From Gnetum montanum (lineage: Eukaryota > Plantae > Gnetophyta), in NCBI GenBank assembly GCA_015680685.1, contig MNCI01000273.1, forward strand, positions 462,851-526,850: 64,000 nucleotides of DNA. Reading direction: 5' to 3'. Below, piece by piece: positions 54,855 through 64,000 of the stretch; positions within the stretch are counted from its first letter, which is position 1; the number at the start of each line of letters is the position of its first letter. Position numbers and translations under genes: made by a program. The notes beneath the pieces are model-generated. The model was not told where the DNA came from, made no database searches, and worked only from the letters and a program-made list of their open reading frames with translations.

Positions 54855-55470
54855 CTACAAAATAACTAGAAAAATGTTAAGCGACACCTATTTTAATGAA
54901 GCGAAATGCATAAAATAAGGAAGGAAATGCTATGAAAATTAACCATGTAGTATCTAAAGTGATTTATTTATATATATTTTATTATTTTTTATGTTCTTTC
55001 CTATAGCCTCGATTGGTCACAAAATTGCTAGTTTAAGGTCATAGTAGACCGTAGACTATGTGTGGTGTGTAAGTGTAAGTAAACCTTAAAAGGTTTGAAA
55101 CATGGGGCCAAGCTGAATGTTCATCGGGCAAGTAGAAAAAATGTAAAAAAATTTCTAAGTGTAAGGAGTTGAAAAATTTAGAGAATTTTTCTAACCCTAG
55201 GTGTTACACTACGCGGCACATGGGACATTTCGCATTATGCATGGGACATGGAGTGTTTCATGTTACGCGTGGGACACGAGATGTCCTAGAAGGGTGATGT
55301 GTCATCTAACCCTGAAGGGTATAAATAGGGGTTTTACCCATGGTAGACTTGTCATTTTCACTATTAGAGCCAATAGTTATCCAAGTGTAGCATAGCCAAA
55401 GCAGAGCATAGCAGCCACAGAGGGAAGCTAGAGCATGACAACAAGAGGGCTAGAGCATGACAATGAGAAT

Positions 55471-58400
55471 ATGGCACGTAGGAGCAAGTGTAAACATCCT
55501 AGCCTTGCCAATTTTGACAAAGGCAAGTGCACCCTATGGCACCTTCCCAAGGCAAGCATTGAGGAATGCCAAGAGATGATCTCTACCAAGTAGGCCATCA
55601 TGCCACACTCATGATTTTTCATTCCTTCCTACTTCCCACACGTTTGGGCTTTAGGTTTTGGGATTTTGAAAGGTGGCCTACCATGAGCATGGACCCCCAC
55701 TGTTGTAGCCACCACTACGGCCACTATGCTACGGCCAAGGAGGGAGTGCATGCCAATGATCTTACCTCCTTTTTTAAAGCATTAAGGGTTTGAGGGCATC
55801 TTGCACTACGATACTAGGCAAGGATTTTGCCAAGGGTTTCTAAGCATTTAGCACTATGGGATGGGGTAAGGTTTTCTATAACATCCTATGTCATGAGACA
55901 AAATGGGGGTCTTACACGTACCACTTAGCATAGTGTATCAGAAGGTTTTGGGTGCTCTACATTCCATGTTGCAGAAAAAGGGTTTCCTTATGTCCCGCAT
56001 CACAAGATGGAATAGGGTTTTCTGCATGTCCCACATTGTGGGATAGGACAAGGGTTTTGTGGATGTCCTGTGCCATGGTGTGAGATAAGGATTTGTTTGT
56101 TTCTTTTTTATGTCCCATGTCATGGGATAGGACTTAGCCAAGGTGACCAAGGATCATGGCTATTAAGCTCTGGGCACCCCTAAGAGCATAACAAAAAGTT
56201 AGAAAAATTTTGGTACCGCTATGTTCAACATTTGAAAAATTTTGCACATTCTGCAATTGTCATGCTCCCTAGGAGAATGAACAACACTTGGAAAATTTTT
56301 ACAACCTTTTACCAATAATTTTGTAGTTTTCATGCTCCCTGGCAGCATGATCGACACTTAGATATCTTTTTGAAATGTTTTGCCAGTTGTTCCACAGTCA
56401 TCATGCTCCCTAAGAGCGTGACAAATACTTAGAAAAAAATTTCTTGGAAAGTTTCACGCTTTGTGGGGGAGTGTGACCAATAGTTAGAAAATTTTTGAGT
56501 CTTTTTTATGTTACTTTATGTTATTTTATGCATCATTTGTTTGTTAATTTTGTTGTTTTTGTTACCCTTTTCTGATACTGACGCTTTCATTACTGTGACA
56601 TTACAAGGGCCTAGTGAAACCTATCCTCATTGTGGTGGAACTAGTAGGGATCCTATGTTATATGAGTGATCCCATGCCAAATGTCTCTACACCACATGCA
56701 TGCATAGGATACCAAGTGGTTTGGTTCTAGGTGGGTGCACAGGAATTCTTAGAATTCCTACTTTGCCACTTTAGTGTGATCATATGATCACACTTGTCTG
56801 CTGAAGCAGTAGGTGTCCTAGTCGAAACATTATTACCTAGGGTAAATCGAGGCATATTCAAATTCATTTCAGATGAACCAACTGAAATCAAAGGGGCATG
56901 GAGCTCAAGCTAGCACCCAAGAGGCCTCAGGTCATTGTCTTAGATCTGGGAGATGCCCAAGTTCCAATGCTACCATAAATACAACATTATATTCCTTGCT
57001 CGCCATGTGGGCACAACCTTCTAGAATCCACCTAAAATAGTTTACTATGCTAGAGGGTGATCCCTATTGTGATTTTGATTTTTTTTATCTCATGACTTAG
57101 AATGCATACTACTTTTTTGCTTATTGCCATATTTTCTATTCATGAAAATGGCCTTCATGATGGAGAAGGGATATTAGCCCTAGTTCAACCAGCCCTACAA
57201 GAGTTCTCATCTGCTGAGAACATGTGTGCTAACGTCATAGGGAAAACTAGGGTAGATATGATGAATTACCCTACTAGATACTCCAAATCCTATGTGAAGT
57301 ACTAGGATCTCAGCTAGTTGGATGTTGAGTGGGCATCCCAGATACCCATTGTAGAAGAAGTTTCAATCCCAGTATTGCCATTCTCCACACCATTTATTCT
57401 AGGTAAGTTGTATCACTCATTTATTTTCATGCACTTCTAGTTTTTACATTTTCATAATGTTGCTGATTCTACTTTTGTTTACTACAGTTGCAACCAAGTC
57501 CAGGGAGGTCTCAGTGATTATCTCAAGATGCACTGAGGCCAATCTTCTTTTCAAGTATGGCAAGGTTAACAGTTTACAGCACTGGTTGTGCCACAAGGCC
57601 CCAGTAAGGATAACCCAAAATATTTAATGGGTTAAGCTCTTGGACCTATTCTTGGCCATGAATCCAAGCATCCCAATAGTAGAGATGATTACCTTTGTCG
57701 ATTCTTTCATGAAGAGTGCCAACTATTTATGCACATGGGTTCACAACATGTGGGTGATCTTTGAGATCATAGAAAACCTTCTTTCAAATATCTTTGGTGT
57801 CCCCTCTAAAGGTTTACCTATAGGTGAGAAGACTAACAAAGAGCTAAACCACAGAGGAGACATTGAAGAGTGGCTAGACACTGAGAAAGGCCACAAGGGC
57901 ATACCCATGAAGTAGATAAAATTGCTGGTGGCCCAACACATCTAACCTATCTTTTAGGCTTGCACATTTCCTAAACTACTTTCCCAGGGAAATGTCCTTG
58001 GGGTAGAGCAGGCTTGGGTTATAATGGATGTGATAGAGGAAGGGACATAATACTACTAGGCCAAACACCTTGCTGATGGCTTGCAAGCTGAAATAATCAA
58101 ACTTCATGGCAATCTCGAGGTATGCTTCCATGTACATTTTGCCTTCTTTGTAGTGTGCTTTCATAGGTTTGCAAAATTTTTGGTGGTTCGTGAAAATTGG
58201 CTATGAATGGTGCAAGATTGCACCCAGATATCCAAGCCATGGATCTACCATTTATTTCATATGACATAGTCACAGGACCCCCCGAAGGCTATTGGTGAGT
58301 CCTTTTCAGTAACCACCAAGGGCCACACGAGGGCATCCTACCATGTGCATGATAGTGCTAGAGAGGCTCTTCCCATCAACATAGCCAATGTAGTGAGGTG

Positions 58401-60150
58401 GGCATGACTCATCGCTAAGATGATGACATGAAAGATGTAGATCAAGAAGGCTCGTCCCATGGAGGAGCCCATGTTCAAAATTGAAGAAAAGGGAAAAATG
58501 CTATAGCTCAAACCTAATGATGCACGATCAGAGTTTGCTGGTAAGTATACATTATTTAGTATATTTTCTTTATATATATATACATATACATATATATTTT
58601 CATCAAATGCTCTAACTTAGGTTTGTGCAATATAGGCAAGGAGGTCGCTATCATAGAAGAGGAGCCCTTAGAGAAGGATGTCCCTCAACCTAAGGGACAC
58701 AAGGTAGATGAAGACATTGCCAAAGTTTTGATGTAGCTCAAAGAGGAGGGGCTACAATTCAAGGATGGTGAGTTTGATCACTTGTTTGAAGGCGTGAAAA
58801 TGGGCAATCCCTCCACTCTCACCCCTGAGGGTTTGCTAGGTAGGAGCTTTGCACCATCATTTTCATTATGCTCTTCCTCTCCCTCTTTTCTCTCTTCTTT
58901 CTTCTTCTTTCTCTTTTTCTTATACACCATGTTTATATATTTTTTGTTTGTTTTGATTTGATGATCCTGACATGCTTTATTTTACAATGGGTGATGCTTC
59001 TACTAAGCATCCTGAATCTACATCCACTTTTCGCTCACAACCATGCACAGAAACTCCAAACAAGTTTTCCTTCATGCAAGGCATAGTGGATGACATGATT
59101 GACCATTTAATATAGATAGATCCTGAGATAGGTATGTTTGCATTGTTGTTTTTTTGTTGTGTTTTTTTTTATTGGAACTAATGTTTTTCATTTTTGGTGT
59201 AACAGCCTCATGACTCAAGTGGAACCCATGAAGGATGGTCCAAGTTGATGTTGTACCTGAGTTTCCTCCTGAGGTAGAATAGGTGCCTCATCGTATATAT
59301 GAAGAGGCAAGCAAGTATGCATTGCACTCGACACAATCATTGTGGGAGTGTAGGCACATGAACAAGGCACTCTAAAAACAAGTACAAGAGCTCCAAGAGT
59401 AGAAGGTGAACTAGGCAACTCAACTAGAAGATTTGTAGTCATGATACAACTTCTTGGTAGCCCATGATAAATCAGATGGTAGCTAGTGTATGGCTGAGAT
59501 TGACTACGCTAGGTATTGGTTAGCCATCAGGGGCAAGAATGAGGCTACCTGCGAAGTTATTGAGTAGTGCTTGTAGATGGACCTCTTGAATCAAAAGAAC
59601 CAAGACTAGAAGGACTACAATGCCAAAGTATATGAGTGGGGACAAACTTAGAAGAACCACAAGTACCAGTATAAGATGGAACATGCAACCTATCGTAAGA
59701 AGTACAGGGATGAGTCTGTGGAGCGCCAAGGTCATGACATATTCCTTGATGCCATCTAGAGAGGTTAGTGAGTCCCTAGAGAGGGAAATTGTTGTTCCTT
59801 CTAGAGAGGTTACATTTGTAACATTTTCTCTAGGGCCACCTATATGGATGGCCATGGAGAAAGAGAAGACCCACACAGGTGTCGATTTGGAAGAGGAGGA
59901 TTGGGCACACATGTCAGAGGAGAAGATCCTCCAATGCCTAGAGGTTGGTCTCAATAGGATGCCCCCAGACATGGATGCAAGCCCATCTTAGGTTGGTTAA
60001 ATTTATTTTATTGCTATCTATTTCATAATAATTTTTCATGTTATCCCTTTATTGATTACTTTATCATTTTGTCTTTGTTTTGTGCAGGATCCCAATGAAG
60101 ACACAGGACCTAGTGAAGCAGTAGATAAAGGTGGAGGGGAAGAGCCTTAG
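55471..60150 (+). pseudogene. Multi-exon antisense accessory gene inside the Tat/Ogre-like element (degenerate)
   Basis: TATAAATA at 55320 and ATG at 55471 (MARRSKCKH...DKGK). Purine-rich exons alternate with short T-rich GT-AG introns at ~57403-57487, 58541-58635, 59132-59206 and 59992-60087. Stop TAG at ~60150, followed by an AT-rich UTR-like tail. Confidence 0.65.
55850..56500. repeat. Arrays of short palindromic repeats
   Basis: GTCCCAYRTYRTGGGATAGG-type units (55850-56135), then GTCAYGCTCCCT..GAGCRTGAC units each followed by ACACTTAGAAAA-like (56170-56500). Confidence 0.8.
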
Positions 60151-60399
60151 CTTCCCATCATTAATATAATTTAAAACATCTGAAATGTAGCCCTATTGTT
60201 GGGAAATTTTTGTATCTTTTGATGTGGATGTAATCTTGGACTATGTATTTTTTTTATGATTTAATTAAAAGCATGATATTTATTTTATCTCTCATTTTAT
60301 CATTTTAGCCTATAACTTAGTTGATATATTTCTTTTTTCTCTCAATTTTTGTTACTTAGGATTTTTTTTGATGTAATTAGGCCCCTTGTGGGCTCCATG

Positions 60400-60610
60400 C
60401 AATAGTTTAAGGCCATCTCAAGCCATCACTAGTTTATGGCCATTTCGTGCAAATGCGTAACTGGAATTTAGTTGCCAGATTTAGGCCTTAGCAAGCCATG
60501 TTATAGTTTAAGGCCATTTTGGGCCATTGCTAGTTTAAGGTCATTTCAAGCCATCGCTAGTTTAAGGCCATTTCAGGCCATGGGATAGTTTAAGGTCATT
60601 TTAGGCCTCA
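60400..60610. repeat. Tandem array, ~27-bp unit TAGTTTAAGGYCATTTYRRGCCATYG
   Basis: About seven copies, with the same core as 51170-51420. Confidence 0.9.
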
Positions 60611-60693
60611 CTTATTTTTCTTTTTCTTTTTCTTTATTTATTTATTTATTTATTTTTGGCTAAATGAAAGCATAACTAATACAAGAAGCAAAC

Positions 60694-60822
60694 TGTTGGC
60701 GACCGTTTGGGACGCGACCGCCAACGAGTGTCCTCGAACAGGATTTAGGTGCCTGCTGATCTCTGGCAACACCAAGGCCTAGATACCTCCAAATAAACTC
60801 AGTAGTTAATGTGAGTATGTGT
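60694..60822. mobile_element. Terminus of a younger, CpG-rich LTR running into the gap
   Basis: Abrupt TGTTGGCGACCG start with several intact CpGs in otherwise CpG-poor sequence. Confidence 0.55.
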
Positions 60823-61544
60823 NNNNNNNNNNNNNNNNNNNNNNNNNNNNNNNNNNNNNNNNNNNNNNNNNNNNNNNNNNNNNNNNNNNNNNNNNNNNNN
60901 NNNNNNNNNNNNNNNNNNNNNNNNNNNNNNNNNNNNNNNNNNNNNNNNNNNNNNNNNNNNNNNNNNNNNNNNNNNNNNNNNNNNNNNNNNNNNNNNNNNN
61001 NNNNNNNNNNNNNNNNNNNNNNNNNNNNNNNNNNNNNNNNNNNNNNNNNNNNNNNNNNNNNNNNNNNNNNNNNNNNNNNNNNNNNNNNNNNNNNNNNNNN
61101 NNNNNNNNNNNNNNNNNNNNNNNNNNNNNNNNNNNNNNNNNNNNNNNNNNNNNNNNNNNNNNNNNNNNNNNNNNNNNNNNNNNNNNNNNNNNNNNNNNNN
61201 NNNNNNNNNNNNNNNNNNNNNNNNNNNNNNNNNNNNNNNNNNNNNNNNNNNNNNNNNNNNNNNNNNNNNNNNNNNNNNNNNNNNNNNNNNNNNNNNNNNN
61301 NNNNNNNNNNNNNNNNNNNNNNNNNNNNNNNNNNNNNNNNNNNNNNNNNNNNNNNNNNNNNNNNNNNNNNNNNNNNNNNNNNNNNNNNNNNNNNNNNNNN
61401 NNNNNNNNNNNNNNNNNNNNNNNNNNNNNNNNNNNNNNNNNNNNNNNNNNNNNNNNNNNNNNNNNNNNNNNNNNNNNNNNNNNNNNNNNNNNNNNNNNNN
61501 NNNNNNNNNNNNNNNNNNNNNNNNNNNNNNNNNNNNNNNNNNNN
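60823..61544. other. Assembly gap (722 N)
   Basis: N run. Confidence 0.99.
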
Positions 61545-62376
61545 TGAAATGCATAACTCACAGGACCATGACAAAGAGGCTGAAATCTTTACTCTAGCAA
61601 GCCATCTTGCAAGCAATCTTCTTTACAAATCTTCTTTGATCCCAAGGGTGATGTGATGATGATATCCCCCAATGTCCCAATATTCCCTCATTGATCATCC
61701 CCCCAACCTTTTTATAGGGTTCCAAGGTAGGTAGGGAAGTTACAAATTTAAAAATATCTCACCTAACTTCTCTCACAAGTAACCTGGCCAACCAATTAGA
61801 AGATTACTTGGTCAACAAGTTGGGAAGATTACTTGCCCAACAAGTTAGGTAAGTTACAACAATTTTGGGTGGTTGCAACCACCAAAGAGAAAAAGAGGTT
61901 GACAAGTGGCCTTGGTAGTTACAATATCATAGAAAATTAAAATACAATTTCTAAAATTCATAGGAATACAAGCTATAGTTGCAACTTACTCCATACATAT
62001 ATATCCTTTTAATTTTGCTTCTTCAAAATGAGATGTCAAGTCCTCTAAGTATTGTATAGGGAAGTTGCAATTTCCAAATATCCCAAAAATATCTCAAAAA
62101 TATCTCTCCTAACTTTTCTCTCAAGTAACTTGGCCAACCAATAGGAGATTACTTGCTAAAATATCCTAGCTAACTTTTCTCCCAAGGAGGTTACAACTTA
62201 CTCATTTAATTAGGAAAGAGTTATTTAGGAAGTTATATATATAATTAGGAGAGATTTATGCTTTGGGAGTTATATCTATACTACAAATATTATAAACATG
62301 TTTAAAATATAAAAATTATATAATATTTTAAACAATAATGTAAAAAAAAAGGTAAGTTTATAACTGGGGCTTCACA
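61545..62376 (-). repeat. LTR U3/R portion
   Basis: Minus-strand start TGTGAAGCCCC at 62376, repeated AAGTTACAA/GATTACTTG motifs, TATA-like CCTATAAAA (~61710). Sharp composition change at 62377. Confidence 0.6.
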
Positions 62377-64000
62377 CTATGGGTATATGTGTATCTTATC
62401 ATGTTATCGTCAAGGGGTATCGTGGATGCAGAGGTTACGACCGTTCTTATATATCTTCCCTGCATTTGACATAAAATATGAGATCCGGACCTAGAACCAC
62501 CGTAAATAATTCCAAATTGTCCCGCCCAGTCCAAAATCGTTGTCAACTGTTACCGCAGAAGAAGGCTCCGCCACCGCGTTCGGTAACATTGTCGAATGTG
62601 CCGAAAAAATCTGAAACTGCTGTAACCTTTGCCACCACAAATATAGCCATGATTTACTTCTTACCTGCACTATCCTGGTTCTTCAAATTAACCCTTTAGT
62701 CGCTAGATGGAATAAATGGAATAGCAATCTTTGTTGTAGACTCTCAACAATACATGTGGTGCACTGATCCAGGCAATGACTGCCGGTGGAAATTCATCCA
62801 CACATGAAACAGATTTAAAATAAATAAAAACTTAAGGTTTCACCGCCCAGAGCCTCTGCGTTTAGCAACCATTGTCCTTAACAGAATGATCCACATAAAT
62901 CTCAGCTATAGGATTAGCGCCGTATCATCCCATGTTGCACAAAATTAAATCCCCAGAACAGTCTGCAATCTCAAGGAACGATATCCTCAAACTCTCTTCA
63001 TTTCCGGAAACTGCTATGTTGCAGATTTACCCTATGGTAAATTGTTGTAGAAATTTGAAATAAAGAACATGTGCCGAGTCTTGCCTCCATTCTTGATTGA
63101 TACACATTACTGTTTCATTATCTTCTTTACGGCAGCAAACTCGTAAATCCGTTTCTGTTCCCCGCTAAAAACCCACACATTCCAGAATTTGCTTACCTCG
63201 ATTTTTGGATACTACATTTTCGCAGACGGTTACCGTGCTACGCAGATCTGAAGGATCTAAGTGTAGCTGGCAACAGGGGTGTTGTGTGCATGACACTACT
63301 GCCATGACGTGCGTTTGCCGAGCTGCATCTGCACCATGCAAACATTGTGTTTTGCAAGGCTGCCAGCCATCCAGTCTTTGTCACGTAGAATTCTGATTTG
63401 TTGCAATTTTTGGAATTGTCTTTACTTATGTTTTTTTTTTCTTGTTTTCCTTCCTGCGTTTTTCTGTTTGCCGAATCATGGGCCAATGTTTTATGAATCT
63501 TCGTCCAACAGATCCGCAGGAACCTTCTGCGTTATAGCCTGCAAAAAGAAAACAAAAACAAAAACGCCACGACCTGCAAAACAAATCAGGGTTTTAACAA
63601 AGCATAACCCATTTCCTTGCGTATTTCGCAAATGGGGATTTCAAACTTTATTTTGAAGTAATATTCTTGTGTTTGTGAAGATGTCCATCTGCGCTAGGGT
63701 GAACATCGCGGTGGTGATGTTGTGCATTTTCCTGCAACGCAATCTCCTATGCTTTCACTATTTTCCTTATCTCTGCTGTTTTTCTCTTCAGCAGGTACAG
63801 TGGTGGAAGTTAATTTGCCTTTCTTTTTATGATCTTCAAAACGACGAAGGCGTTGCTAGTTTTGTTACATTTTTGATTTTGTCTTGCAAACCGGGATCTG
63901 CAACTTAATGTTTTTCACATGAATAACATACTTCCTTCCTTGCCATAGTACTAACTTCTGATTTTAACAACAAGATAATTTGGCACCTTTATCTTATATT
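62377..64000 (-). other. Non-repetitive, CpG-retaining region, probably UTR/introns of a host transcript
   Basis: Frequent CG and CHG sites. Minus-strand consensus donors (CAG|GTAAG ~62665, GAG|GTAAG ~63196) and acceptors (TTTTGCAG ~63539, ~63574; ATGCAG ~62460). No recognisable protein. Confidence 0.45.

Larger units (their letters stand above)
47706..60693 (-). mobile_element. Tat/Ogre-like Ty3/Gypsy element (3' LTR, 3' region, pol, putative intron with antisense gene; gag and 5' LTR not seen)
   Basis: RT-RH-aRH-INT on the minus strand and a ~1.9-kb LTR with PPT. The same TAGTTTAAGGYC repeat occurs at 51170-51420, 55028 and 60400-60610, tying the region together. Confidence 0.8.

Noticed and set aside
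116-59991. Numerous 60-150 aa ORFs as host genes
   Set aside because: They are fragments of decayed TE ORFs, their antisense shadows, or low-complexity AT-rich frames. None is a supportable intact CDS.
60660-61656. Long ORFs of 242-318 aa in the ORF track
   Set aside because: Artefacts of translating the N gap.

Overview
AT-rich land-plant-type genomic window, almost entirely old, nested, degenerate transposons. No intact host CDS, rRNA, functional tRNA or CRISPR array is supportable. Left to right: (1) a minus-strand Athila-like Ty3/Gypsy element (1-4554) inserted into the protease of a related element (4555-~5845); (2) an internally deleted Helitron Rep remnant (~5850-8961); (3) a 59-bp tandem repeat; (4) an older retroelement spacer split by a full-length Athila-like element (13441-25888) with LTRs, TSD, gag-pol and a 3' extra ORF; (5) a tRNA-derived SINE-like head, a truncated LTR and LINE ORF2 fragments; (6) a Tekay-like long LTR (36685-46042) containing a Ty1/Copia element (37868-42648), which itself holds an Athila solo LTR (39387-39899); (7) a minus-strand Tat/Ogre-like element from 47706 with RT-RH-aRH-INT; (8) a younger LTR start, an assembly gap, another LTR end and a CpG-retaining, probably genic tail (62377-64000). 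The most interesting structure is in the Tat/Ogre-like element. RT is preceded by an apparent splice acceptor, and the upstream ~6 kb putative intron holds a multi-exon gene on the opposite strand. That gene's promoter and first intron share a palindrome + ACACTTAGAAAA motif array with the element's own LTR. All TE ORFs are broken, mostly by CG/CHG C-to-T transitions. Family names come from motif recognition by eye, not database searches, and internal domain coordinates are approximate.
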